DNA of 64,000 nucleotides. Origin: Ramazzottius varieornatus (taxonomy: Eukaryota; Animalia; Tardigrada). The notes beneath the pieces were generated by a model that saw only the letters and a list, made by a program, of their open reading frames with translations, was not told where the DNA came from and made no database searches. Both the position numbers and the translations under genes were made by a program. Below are positions 12,440-26,182 of this stretch, piece after piece. The stretch is from assembly GCA_001949185.1 (NCBI GenBank), contig BDGG01000012.1, positions 1,418,973-1,482,972 on the forward strand, written 5' to 3'. Every line of letters starts with the position of its first letter. Position 1 is the first letter of the stretch.

Positions 12440-13444
12440 CCTCAGAGCCCAGTGGGCAACTTTGTCCCGAAGATTTTAACCAGTATCCGGCGCGATTCCC
12501 ATCACGGTTGCCTACTGAACAGATCAAACACAGCACAAGAAGGTTCGGCGATTGGTTTGATGAGATACTGAGCTTATGGAGTGGAAGTTCTGTAAAACTC
12601 AACTCCAGCTGATAAGCTTATTAATTGCTGCAAGTGACTTGTGACGACTTTCGACATGTGAGATTGCGATAACGCACTGATCCATCTCAGCAATCAATGA
12701 GATGTTCGCAATCAATCGAGCGTGAAACTACAGATTCGACCTTTTTCGCGCATGACGTTACTCTGTGATATCATCTGCCCGATTATGCAATCAATGCAAG
12801 AACCTCGAGTCCTCGATCTCACAATGAGGACCTCAACAGGCACAGTCCACGAGTGATCAAAAACTCGTTTTTATTCCCGGAAAACTGAAAATGTAATCCG
12901 AGAATACACGATAACAGCACCAAGCAGGCAGAGCTTCACAGATGGACGCAGGCGCGTTGAATAAGCGAAGTCTGGTCCCCGGACGATTTCCACCTCGCTT
13001 AAGCCAGAACTGGCCAGAGTACTTTTCGAACGACGAATCCACTGAGGACTACCTTAATCGTTCACACTCGACTGAGACGAAACTACAAAACGGCATGTTG
13101 AGAATTTTACTGGAAATTCAGACGGCGCAGACCATCGTCCATTTGCTCCGACCCATGTCGCAAGAATCAGTAATCAGTAAGGAATACTTTCATAAACCCG
13201 TGAGGCTGAAATATTCTAGTATAGACAAGATGAAACTGTAATGTTGACAGGGAAGTTTGACAGGGAAAGTCCAAAGATTTTACTGGGCCTTCTTCCTGAA
13301 AGAGCATCCTGCAAACACACAAAACCCATTTGATAATTATCATGCCAAGTAAGCAACTCAAGAAATTCCTTAACTCTAGCGCCAACCACAGACCGAAGCC
13401 GTCGGCTGTTTGGCAAGTGCTAAGGTAGCCATTCGCAAACTTCA

Positions 13445-13591
<147 letters not shown>

Positions 13592-14157
13592 TCAAAACAC
13601 ATCAATCAGTCGCTTGATTCAGCACAAACAAGAACGAGATCGCTATCCAGACTTCAACGCACCAGGGCACTTAACATCCATAAAGTAGGAGTTCGGGTGT
13701 TGTACGATACGTTTCAACTTGCATGTCCTTCGTTCCTCTTCCGCTGTGGGATGGAGAAGATCCCTGGCCAACTACAATGAGACGCAAACAACGCTGACAT
13801 CATCGTTCCATAATTTCGGGTCGGATTCACCTGCGGTACCTCTACTTACAGGCATTGTGAAGTTTTGATGGAGTCCTGTGAATAAAAGCACAAAGACACC
13901 GTCGGCTAATTCGGTAGAAGAACAGATGTTCGTAAGGAAGCTGGAATAACAGAAAGCGTAGACGTGCTTCACGATGAGGTCGCCGACAAGAAATTTTCTC
14001 TCTCTGACTGCGCAATCTCGTCGTTTAGCCAGCCTGGATCAATGAATGATAAGCCGCTTCGCTAACGCAGTTCATGTATTGCTGTCAAGTATGACGTAGA
14101 TGGCGCCACCATAATTCCGAAATCCGGAACAGATGGCGCTTTACTGTTCGCCAACTA

Positions 14158-14323
14158 CAGTGTACGACAAAATAAACCGTTAAAAATGGGTGTATGGAGC
14201 TAGATGGCTAAAGCCAATGGAATTTGCGCATGTAGCAAAACTTAATTCTCATTGGCTCAGTCGTAAGTAAGCTCAGCTGGAGTGTTACGCCCATTTTTAG
14301 CGGGTTAATTTTGTCGTACACTG
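14158..14323. mobile_element. Tc1/mariner-type MITE (166 bp)
   Basis: About 36-bp imperfect TIRs, CAGTGTACGACAAAATAAACCGTTAAAAATGGGTGT and ACGCCCATTTTTAGCGGGTTAATTTTGTCGTACACTG, with TA on both sides (14156-57, 14324-25). Confidence 0.85.
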
Positions 14324-16834
14324 TACGCCCAAACTGACACTTAATAGTTCTTGCTTCTTTCAGTTCTTACTGCCTCACAGAGAATTCCTCCCTGATGAAT
14401 ATGCCGGTTCCGCGGAATTTAACTGAAAGTCCACGACTATATCGCAACAATGTTTCCGTTATAGTCACCATAAGCCGAGTATACGGGGTTGCTTCTGGGA
14501 GCCATCTTATGGTCACAGTGGCCAGTACGAGTTTGCAACAATGGAACCACGAATTTCAGCACGAAGCACAATACGGCGAGCGGTGCGTTCCTAGCACACG
14601 TACAGTAAGTTTTACTTCTGGTCGAACGTCAAAAGTTTCGTGAGAAACGCGGTGATTTTAGCTCAGACCTACAAAAGATGATTAGTCCGTTAATTACATG
14701 CGTATCCGCCACGCTTTGGTAGAGCTTCGGTCACATTAGAAACTTTTGTTTACAAGCTCTCCGTTTATATAATTATAAGTTAGATATTGTAATTATCTGC
14801 ATAAGAATTGGTACTTTGCCGAATGGAAACTGCCGATCTTGACGTTTCGTCTCAAGCGGCACCCGTCTGCGTCTCGCAAACCTTCGGCTTGTAGTCCCGA
14901 AGAACGAACCGGAGCTCGTTGATGCGTTTGTTTTTCAGTTCACTAGGCTTCCGATGACATTGCTTCGTACAGTAATAGTCAAATGAGGGAGCCTCATGGT
15001 CAAGCTCGAAGCGCGCGTTATTATTGTTGGTAGACCAAGAGCGACGGCACTTTGTTTGACACTCCACAGTACACAATCAAAGCCCAAAGTGTCCGAGCTG
15101 GAAACAAAGCCACCATTCCATATGCACTCCATACTTTGCGTGTGAAAAATACCGTAATTATAATCAGTTCATGACGTAGTATGAGGGGAAGTTGCTCTTA
15201 GTCTCTCCTTGTGCTCGCGGATTAGTTCGAGCACGGACCTGTAGGTGTGACCACCCTTTGGGCGCATGGTACAGGTGATCACGCATTGAACTGACCAGCG
15301 ACAAGCTTCCCTACAAAGGACGGTTGAATTTGGCATGGCGAGAGGCTAAGTGTAGTCGTTGATACAACAGCATGATGTTTCTGCTTTCGGACATATAATC
15401 ATGGGATTATGAAGTATACTTCTGTGCCCAGAATGCTTACCTTCCATTCCTCTACCAGAAGCACCGTAGATCGTACTATTTGCACCTCGAAACTCTATTG
15501 TCCCGCCGAGATGCCCCATCCTGTCATTCGATTATAATTTATGATTAAAAACCCTGGGCTGTTCGACCATTACATCCCAACTTATAACTCGGAATAAGGA
15601 GGAAATCTTACGGTGATGTTCGTGGATGGTAGCGCCGGTTATCGTCATCTTCATCCATGCTAAAGTTCCATCCAGCTGCAAAAATGAAAGATAAACCCAT
15701 TGTCCCCACATCAATCGTAACGTCGCTGAAGCCGGACGGTACAGTAATGGTAAGTGATACCTGCCTAAGAAAACGTGTGACCTCATAATCCTAAGCTCTT
15801 TTTTGCAAACTGCAAAGCTCTAAGGTATCTTCTGATACTTTAGATCGCCGTGTGTGAAACGCTTACACAAAAAACCGTGTGATAACAATGAGATTGCAAC
15901 CTCAGCAGGAAAAAAGGCGTTAACTTCGTCCTCGTAATCTCGTGTCTTTTGCTGCCAGAGGATGAAAAAAAACACGCGTTTGAAATCATCTCGTTCATAT
16001 CTGGGTCTTCGAGACAGGTATTCATCGTAGTAAAATACCCCGCTCCAAGTCACTTCCATGTTGTTGACTATTGCTCACCTTGAAACTGAACTTATCTTTC
16101 TTCCTGCGCTGTACGAGTCGCTGTGGAATACCTAGAGGAATCCACCTGAATGGCTCGAAGGAATGACTACAATATGGAAATCGATTGTGCTTCAATATAG
16201 AACATTACTGAGCCAAGCCGGAAAATACAACCCAGCAGAAGAATGGCGAACCTTTCAGAATATCCCCGTAGGTTTCCCAACTCTTGTACAGTAGTTTCTT
16301 TGTCCTGTAAAATAGAAGCTCGTATGTTAATTTCCCATATCACATGTTATGAGACTAACGTGATTGTTACGTGGATTCGCGTCGATAACGGAGCGAAATT
16401 ATTGACCTTGTTATTGATCTGTCCGTTTGGTCTCATCGGCACTACCTTGCTTTCCGTTTCCAGCTTTCCATCAGATCCTCTTTGTCACTTGTCTGTCCAC
16501 AGTGACCAGTTCATCAAGGTAGACGATAGAGACAGGCATGAGAAGATCAATAGGCCAGCTCGTTCAGAGTCCAGTCAAAGCTTCTCAGCCTTCTCTTCCT
16601 GCTTACCTGTTCAAAGTCGGCAAACAGAAAATAGAGCACTTGTTTTGCGAGCGTCCACTGTCCACTGTCCGCCCATTAACCATTCCTCGATGCATTTACA
16701 GCTTGCTTTGTCCGAACATACCTAGAGTATGGTTACCTTCTGCTTCCCCAATATTCCAATTAAGGCAGTTTGATTTCCATGGCCATTCCATTCAAGATAC
16801 TCAACTGTCGACAGGTAGGGTCCTTAAAAGTTAC

Positions 16835-19800
16835 ATGACTCAGAATCAGGCATGCACACTAATGAATTCTGAACCGAAAAACAGCAATCAACAGTTCAAC
16901 TCGAGGAAGGAAGAGACTCATATACTAAATCAGATGGAACACTCTTCAACAAAACCGTCATTACTGCAAGTTGTTTCTGTTTTGCAGAACCCGGCCTTTC
17001 AAACCGTGGACATCGATGGCTTGTCCAGTCAAATTAATGGATCTACCTACGGATCTTATCATACCTTGTCCAATGACAATTATCCCACCAGGAGCGTGTC
17101 CACGGTATCGCCAGTCTCCAAGACGGACGTTCCCGGTGGCCAGCTGAACCATACATTCCTGAGGGAAGCGACAGACCCGAACGCTAACGTTTATCCTGAA
17201 AGAGAAGCCCATTATTTTGGTAAAAGTCTTCCGAGGGTGGAGAAGGACCCCAGCGCAGGCCATGACGGGAGCCGGCGTTCGTACTCACCCACCGAAGACC
17301 GCGAACTTCCCACGTATTATATGCCTGTTAATGCTCATCGAAAACTCCTCCGGTAAGCAAAGTCGGCGTTCTTCGGAACGAAGAGCTGGAAACATGCACG
17401 GTTCCATTAAACCCACAAAAGCGAGCAGTCGGCAAAGACAGCGGTCCCGTGATCTCGACTACCTGCATACCAAGAACCGTACAGTTATACGTTGAACTCG
17501 TATGCGGGTGCTTCGCAATGGGATACGTTGGCTATTATGGCCTTCCGGATTAGATCACCGTTCTACTGTAAGTTATGTCTTTCCGGATCGTCCAAGTTTT
17601 TTTAATTTCAGAGGAGAAATTTTATACGTGACCAAAGATACCCGGAAAAGCAAATCCAAATGCTGGAAACGCACCCTTTGCATAGCGCTGATTGCTGCCG
17701 TGTTGATCATCGCGGTTGTGATAGGAAGCCTTAGTGCAGGTATGGTTATCTCCTGAATCCTCTTTAACTTAAGTTCGGCGCTCCTCCGGAAAGTCGGCTC
17801 GTTTTCGAGCATTTCGAAGCCATGAAATCTGCAAAACCATTCATGTTTTACAGTTGGTATCATATTTAATCCTCGGAATGTGGAGCAACGGAAAGACAAC
17901 TTACAGGCGTTGTCAGTTACGTCAGATGGACTACGGTCAGCAGTGGATATCGAAGTGCAGGAGATCGACAAAAGGGTAGAAACCAGTCCGTCGAGACTGC
18001 ATCCAGGATCCGAAAGGGAGCCCAAGTTGATCTCAAACAGCGCCGGTGGGATCAATGGAGTCTCCGAACAAGCTGGCCATGGACGACTTCCGGTCGATGG
18101 ATCTGTAACGGGGACGACTCAAAGCACTCTGGAACTTTTCCAGATTGGCCCGGTTGAAGGAGGTAGGAAACCTCTCTCAGCCTTCTGTCAGCGCGTTTGC
18201 AAACATAGATTAACCTCAGAGAAAGTGGTATTAGATAAAGTCTAGATTCTGGACGCCAGTGACCAGGACACGAAGATCTGAAAATGATGTTTTTGTTTCG
18301 GTTTTCGAGCTTTCAAGCAATCAATCAATTAATGACCGTGGCAGTGGCATCAGCGGTCGCTTCCGGTTGGTCGCATCTCTATTATGCTTGCAGGCTGCAG
18401 TTCTTTGCGGCTGCGAGTATCGCGCGGACTCGCAAAGTCAAACGATGTAGCTCAGGAACCGCCTGTCAGTGTTGACAAGATCGGTTCTCATAATATTACT
18501 TATGCAAAGTTTAAGGGGATTGTTGAATGAGCATTGATGGCATTGTTATGATGGGTGCTGACTGTTGACTGATGCTTGCTCTGACATTGCAGTACCCGAG
18601 GCCGTCGAAGGAGAACTCCGCATCTTGAATATGGATTTCCAGATGGCTTTAGCTGACCACAAGTCCTGGCTCTACCAATATACGGCGAACGACCTGGCCA
18701 CCTACGTGAGTAAAGCTTGTTTCTGCGCATCATCGCCTCATGCAAAAAAAAGTAGTAGAAAGTTATCGAAGTGGCGGCAAGAGAGGAAGACTTGTGACGT
18801 CACTGCGAAACAAGCGACCTTGCTCATTTGACACCGGAAGCTTGTAAAGATGGGTCGTGTAAACATATCAAAACCACTTCAGAGATTCGTTAGAACTTGT
18901 TGAAGTAGCCCTTGTATCGCACTTTGTTCCATCATAAAATGATCATCATTCAATGATCCAACTAGTAGCATTGATTTTATGATTCGTGTAATCCATGTTT
19001 ACTGTTTTTACAGCTCACTGACATTTTCATCAAGGCGGTCAACGCGGAAAACTTCAATGCGACAAGAGTGATCTCTTTTCGGTAGGTCTCACAAGATCCT
19101 TACGGAGATCCATGAAGCACGGTTCACAAGGTTTAGTCTTATAGACCCGGAAGTGTGATAGCCAAATTTCAAGCGCTGTGGAATCAAGCACCGGCAAACT
19201 GGGACGCTGTTGTAACTCAAGTCATGAACAACCACCTGGACCTCAACAGTAACTTCATCGGTATGATCGTGACTGCATAGTTATAACAGCTGGGAACGAT
19301 ATCTAATGAATGATTTTCTGCGCAGGGAACTATCTGATTGATCGCGGATCGCTTTCCATCAAAAGTACGTACTGGGATCTTTATTTTCCAATCTGCTTTT
19401 CTAATGTCCAATGAAATACATTCTTCAGGCATTTTCTACACATGCCGCGTCGACAATGGTGGTTGCTCTCATCTTTGCGAGTTCGATCTCCTGGAGATGA
19501 AGCAATACTGTCTGTGTCCAGATAATCGGTACACGCTGATGAATCTGACCACCTGCGCATTGACTTCCGGTACGTCACCTGGCCGTAAAAGCACCTCACG
19601 CCAGGCTAAATCCATCCTTTTCCCTCATCGCATGTTCTTTCCTTCAGGGCTGAGCGCTGTAACCACCAGGACGACTCCTGTAACTCCGAGCATGACGGTC
19701 CCGCCACTTCGTCCCACAGAAACCACCATATATACTTCCTTAATAACCAGCCGCGCCCTGTTCACTGTCGAGAACCTCAATACAACAGTGTCTCCTGGGC

Positions 19801-22800
19801 GAAACAGTGATCCTTCCTTCTTACACCTTGTCCCTGTCAACACTGCCGAAGTACCACGTGAGCCAGGCGTCGTCACTGGTCCATCAACCATGAACCATTC
19901 GTCCGATCACAACGCCGCTCTGGTCCATTACTCCATAGAAGAATCGACAACCATAACGACTGCGGTTTCCGCCCAGCAGAATACCACTTCCTCCACTCCT
20001 TCCATCGGTACCACGGGAGGCCAGGGGTCGACAACACTCAGTCCTCTTTCCCGGTATTCCACATGGTGGACGGTACTTAGCCTGCTGAACCAGCAACAGT
20101 CTACGACTTCGCCCAGCACGACAACCTCTACTACAACCGTCGGAGTTATTACACTGGAAACGACGACGGAAGTCTTACCACTGATCGAAAGAACGGGTTT
20201 GACGGAAGATTTCCCAGCCCATTTACTATCAAGTACTCCACTTCCTGGTTTAAGTCATGAAGCTGGAGGTGGCCATTTGGATGTTCATTCCGTATCAACC
20301 GCAATGAACACGACTAACGTGACCTCGGAGGTAGGAGAGCCGGCTGTCCAGTCACAGATTTCCCACGAAAACGAAACCTTCGTCGGTCATGTTCCGCCTG
20401 CGCTGATAGCTAGCACAGAGCCTGTTGAAGGTTCCACAACCGAACATAATGAGGACGTGCTGGAAAGCGAAGATGGTCATGGAACCAGTACACGTGCATT
20501 GGTCGAGACGACCATGTCGACTTCCGGTGCTGTAGAACATGACGTTACCGAAGCTCCTCACCATGCGATGCCTTCACCGGATCCGAATTTTGTCACGCTG
20601 CTTCATCCGGTCCATCCCATCAATTCTTCGGCCTGTACAAGCGACCAGTTCCACTGTGTTTCGGAGGACCGGTGCATTTCGAGCTTGGCTCGCTGCAATG
20701 GAGTTTCCGAATGTAAGTCTTCTTAAATACCAGAAATGACATTGGCGAGCTTCTCTTCTTCATTAGCTAACCTATCTGTATGGTTTTGCAGGCGAAGACC
20801 GCAGTGACGAAAACGAATGTTTAGACTGTGGACAGAACTTCCGTTGCTCCAAAGAACCTGGACTGTCAGAGTGCATCCCTGTTGGCCTAGTCGTAAGTTG
20901 TCGTCGACCTAGGTGTATGCACGGGTAAGCTCTGTATCTTTACTTGCTTGTTGGTTGCAGTGTGATGGACTGCAAGATTGTCAGAATGGTCGGGATGAGC
21001 AATCCTGCACACAGAACTTCTGTCAGGCTTCTGGGATGTTTCAATGTGTCACTGGATATTGCTTGGAGAACTCCAGTCGATGCGATGGAATGGGTAACTG
21101 GGTCCCTTACAACACCTAGCCTGTTTCTTACTTGCCCTTTCTTTCCTGGTGGAAGGATCATCTTCCATATTTGTTTGTAGGTGACTGCTACGCTATGGGA
21201 GTTCCGATCGACGAACTCAACTGCCTCAACAGTGAACAGTCGTACCAGTGCGCCGACGCCGGTCATTTCATGTGCACGGAAAGCAGACGATGTATCCCCA
21301 TGGAATGGAGGTAAGCAAGCACTGGAAACCGGATAGCTTAAGAAGACGTTCTGATGTCTTACTTTCTAGATGCAACAAGCGCACGGACTGCCTGGATGAC
21401 GAAGATGAAAAGGCTTGCAGTTGCCCATCCGGACTGACTTTTGCGTGCGATGGTGGAGGATGTATCAACAGTCACTACAGATGCGATGGAGTTGCTCAGT
21501 GCGGTAAGCAGGCTACTATTGATAATCTGAGAATTGAAACACTTTGAGTTTCCGCACTGTATGGTTCAAAAGTTTGTTTCTTTCGTTTTTAGCTGATGGG
21601 TACAGCGATGAAGTTGGCTGTACGCGGCTCGAACCTTCCGGACTTCTCGAAGTTCAGTCTGATGCAAACGACTGGTTCCCTGTCTGTTCGGACAACTGGG
21701 TGAAGAACTCAGCCGATGCTGTGTGCAGTCGACTAGGCTATAGGTGAAATTAGTCATCTCAATCAACAACTCAAATTTCAAATACCGTATTGAAATTATT
21801 GATTACATTCTTTTTCTTGTAGACCTGCATTGTCCGTGTTCTCCCTTGCCGCGGAAGTTACGAACCATTCCGAGTTTTTCTGGAGTAGCAGAGAGTTTAA
21901 CGCTACTAGCCCCATCCAGGGTCAGCTCCGGGTGTTCAGCACCGCTGGCCGATGCCAGAACGGCAATGCACGTGCTGGTGTAACGTGTGAGAGATTTCGG
22001 TGCCAGCTTAATGCTAATCCAGCTGACGAGGCTCCGGCTAAGCTGCTGTCTTCCATCGTGAAGATCACGTTCGAAGGAGATCCATTCATCGCGTGTAACG
22101 GATATCTGGTTGCACCTATGTGGATTGTCACCAGCGCTAGCTGCCTGACGAACCGGTAAAATTCTATATTTATGCGACGTAACTAAACCAATACACAATC
22201 CTTGAAATCTTTTTGGTACATAATGCCATTAAACAGCTTCCGGATCAGAGATTTTGTAAACAGTCAGTAAATATTTAGCCTAATTTGTTTGGACGGCTTC
22301 TCTTCAGGACGGCTCCTCTTCTTCGCGTGGCGTTCCAGGACCAAACCATTCAGGCCGGTGTGATCGAGGTCCTTCAGCATCCTCAATACGTTCCTATTCG
22401 GATGATGCATGATCGCGATTTCGCCCTTCTAAGGCTGTCGAACAGTGTCCCAGCTAGCGTACTTCCCCATTGTCTACCGTCAGAAAACGTTCTCCCTCGC
22501 CAATGTAAACTGATACGACTGCATACTAACGGCAGTTTCAGCAGTCACGACCTAACCAGCCTACCGATTACCGAATGCAACGAAAAGAACGTTTATGCGA
22601 ACCTGATCTCGGGTAGTATGGAGTGCTGGACTGTGAACGTGTCCGTTTGCGATGTACGTATTAACTATAAAGCAAATGCACCCAGCTTTTATTTTATTCC
22701 CAAGAAGACTTTGTCATAATTTTATGCGATGGCCACTTCTCATATTTCAGGAGGATGCAGTGTCACCAATGTTATGTGAAACAACGGAAGGTGGCTGGGA

Positions 22801-25312
22801 ACTTCGCGGGTTCTTGTCATACCAACACCACTGCGGGTTCTTCTACAAAAAGCCTTTAGTGATGTCTAATCTCACATTTGCTGCCAAATGGATGCGGTCA
22901 GTTGTTGGACCCAGCCTAACCAACGTTGTCCGCGATGTACCACCAGCAGCTGCCACAACTCCAAGCTCCGAATTATCCAGTTCTTCAGAAGCAAGCCATG
23001 CCGAAGAGCACCATGAATCGGCTGCTGTGGACGCGCACCAGCCACCTCCGGTCGGAAGCCACGAACCGGTGCCGCCACCCGAACCACATCAAGCACCCGC
23101 AGCGCCAGCCGCTCATGGCGCTGAGCATAATCTACACGGGGATGCAGACAGTATCTCGGAACGCGCACAGATCAACTCCAAGAAAGCTCTAGTAATGTTC
23201 GGAGCACCGAGAGTCCTTCAAGAGTCGAACACCACGAGTATACCCGCGGTCTTGAATGTGTCATTCGTTTCAAATATTTCGGCAACCCTGTTTGATAATG
23301 TGACCACAAAAGCCGTGACTGCTGCTGAGGCACCACTGTTGACAACGATTGTGAGTACTCCGAGCACGAGCACGGTACCCTCTGTACCGTTCCTGACATG
23401 TCCAAATGGAGTGCTTTTGCTTCCGGAATATCTTTGTGATGGCATCGAAAACTGCGGCGATGGGTGGGACGAGAACGTGGCGAACTGCATGGCCATGCCG
23501 TGTGATCAGCCGACTCATCAGCGTTGTGCCGGCGGAAGGTGTGTAGAAGCCATTGCGGTGTGTGATGGAAGATCACAATGCCCAATAAACTCAACGGACG
23601 AAGTGAGTTTTCAAATTTCAATGCCTGTTGTCCTACCTGTAGCAGGATTCATGACTATGGTTTCGATCATTTTTAGATTGGCTGCAAAGAATGTGACACG
23701 ACAACCCACTTTCGGTGTCTCGAAGGCCGATGCGTTTCTCTGTCGTGGATGGACGACGGAGTTCCCGACTGCCTGAACGGGGAGGACGAAGCCAGCGTTG
23801 GATCGTGCAACAGCACGACTTCCTACCGCTGTGTCTACGGAGGTGGCTGTATCCCGAACGAGAAGGTCTGCGACGGGGTTTCCGACTGTCCGTCGAACTC
23901 GGACGAGTCGGATTGTGTGCGAGTGTACCATAGCTACGATACGCCCAGCGGTGTCGTCGGTATGCGGTCTCGAGGCTCCGTGTGGACGCCCATCTGTCAT
24001 TCTGGACATTCAACTGGTGCGGAAAAGCAATGGGGCGAGAAGGTTTGTCGGGAACTTGGATACGACTTCTCCAATGCGACCAATCCAGAGTTCTCGGCAA
24101 ACATCACGGGTTTCACAATAAGTGACCATGCTCCCGCCGAGGTCGATATTTACATGACTGAAAGGAACTTGACGGCGGGTCGCTGCAACAACTCGGAAAT
24201 TCTGGCTGCCTCTTGCGGATCTGTTGGTAAGCGAAGACTTCTCACCAATTCATTTGACTATGACAACTGAACATTTAGTATCCATATTTATCTTTTTTAG
24301 AGAGAGGAAACTGGAACTCAAATGTTACGGCTCTGGACTTGGCGGTAGCGTACAGGGTTCCACGCGAAGAATACCGCCACATTGCTCTCCTTATCCACGT
24401 CAAAGGCGCGCTGGAACCGTGCATCGGGACCTTCTTGAATGCGCGCTGGCTGATCACTTCCTACGAATGTCTCACCGAAGTGTAAGTATACAGTTTCTGT
24501 GTGCTAGGCATTTCATAATACCAGAAGTGACGAAGAGTGTTATGCAGGGACTCAAGCCTCGCTCCGTTCGACTGGGTCATCTCGACCGACCCGAATTCAG
24601 TTACGGACGATTCGCTTCGCTTCGTCCGTCGATTTGTTGCTCATCCCAACGCCAAATTCAGAGTATATTTTGCACAGCATGACTTGGTTCTGGTGGAACT
24701 CATGGAGGATGTCAACTTGACTGGCGGAATCAGCAAGGCCGGCTTGGTGCCTATTTCAGGACCCTTGCCCGATTCCACCTGTGTCACATACGGATGGCTT
24801 TACGACAGTGAGTGCAAAGTTCACGCTTCTTACAACAGACATTTCCTTCCGACACTATACTCTTTTGGGTCTATCTTCAGCTGTGGAGATACCAGGAACA
24901 AAAGTTCAGAGAAAGTCCCAAGGGCGTCTGTATTCATGGCGCACTCCACTAGTGCCAACTGCCCAGTGTAATCAAGCGGGAAACTACAATGGGCTTGTTG
25001 ATGCTTCCTCCCAGTTTTGCGGAGGTTTCCGGAACGCTACCCACAGAAGTCCTTGCATGGTAAGAGAAGGAGTCCTTGATTCCACCTGCTGGAGGGCTTG
25101 TTCGACGATATTCTTGTGCGCCTTTATAGGGAAGAATAGATGGGGCGCCAGTTATGTGTCTGAACGCCGGAGACCGTTGGGAGATCACGGGAGTCAGAGC
25201 TTTCCAACCAAACTGCGAATCTTCCTGGGTCGCCCCTTCAGTCTACACTGATGTTTTCCAGCATAGAAAGTGGCTTGGTGATATCGTTGGGTCTGGTCTG
25301 TTGGACAAATAA
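16835..25312 (+). CDS. Type II transmembrane mosaic serine-protease homolog (nudel/corin/enteropeptidase-like): TM, SEA-like, EGF, mucin, LDLa x5, SRCR, trypsin-like, linker, LDLa x4, SRCR, trypsin-like
   Basis: Signal-anchor TLCIALIAAVLIIAVVIGSLSA (about 17672-17740); SEA-like region ending FR|PGSVIAKF; EGF CRVDNGGCSHLC; S/T-rich 19650-20600; LDLa repeats (CDGxxDCxxGxDE); two SRCR-like segments (WFPVCSDNW..VCSRLGY; WTPIC..VCRELGY); two trypsin-fold domains; stop TAA at 25310-25312. Some internal exon boundaries and the start are approximate. Confidence 0.85.
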
Positions 25313-25614
25313 ACTATGGTTGACATACGCATCTCAGTACATCGAGCCTATTGGCTTCCCATGTCTGAATCGAGTATTTTTGATTCTGCAGCTTTTTATT
25401 TCTATTTTGTGAATCAAAGGATGTACACAAAACTTATGTTCTCAAAATACAGTACGTGCAAAACGACATAAACTATGGTAAACGAGTGGAGCTAAACAAT
25501 CTACTTCTCGAAATATGGTTTCAGACAGATTACTTTTGAGAAAGGACACGTAGCTATCCCGACTCTGGTAACTCCTGAAGGGCGCGGAAGGTCTGTTTTG
25601 AGTTAGCGGTTTCT

Positions 25615-26182
25615 TCATTTACTTGATCCTTCGCCGTTTGATTGTGGAGGAGCACTTCCGCTAAACTTCTTGGCTTGTTCTTTGACGCGTCGGTCGTACT
25701 GCTCTCTATCTTTGGTGAAGATGTGATAGGCTTCAGCTTGTGCGGGATCTTTCTCGTTCGGATTGACCATCAGATCTTGAATGCCCAACAGAATCTCCTT
25801 GACCGTAATGCCTGATCGCCATCCCTTGTCGTCATCCAGGATCGACAAGCACACCGTTCCCGAAGGGTAAATGTTAGGATGAAACAGCGGCGGATCGAAG
25901 GCGCATTTGGGAGATGATCCTGGATACTCTTCCTTAAACTTCATCTTCAGACGGTAGTTGCCACCTTCCCACAGAGTACCTACAAACAAGAACCGTTTAG
26001 TCAGCATCCCCTCGAACACCATCCTCTGCACCTCTACCTTTTGGTCCTGGAATGATACAGTCCCAAACCCACAGGTTGAGTGTTCCATCAGGATTCTCGG
26101 TCGGCTTCGCCACGAAACCAAATGGGTGATCCTTGCGCCAGCTTTTGCGCTCTTCCGCCAGACGCTGTAGTGCTAGACTCAT
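25615..26182 (-). CDS. UBC9: SUMO-conjugating enzyme UBC9
   Basis: Exons 26182-26038 and 25979-25615 (58-nt GT-AG intron). [40 protein letters not shown] (catalytic Cys), DPAQAEAY. Confidence 0.97.

Noticed and set aside
12942-13241. 99-aa ATG ORF divergent from EXOSC10
   Set aside because: No recognisable homology or supporting gene structure.
18755-18840. Possible degenerate tenth copy of the intronic palindrome (TTATCGAAGTGGCG..ACGTCACT)
   Set aside because: Too decayed to count without an alignment.
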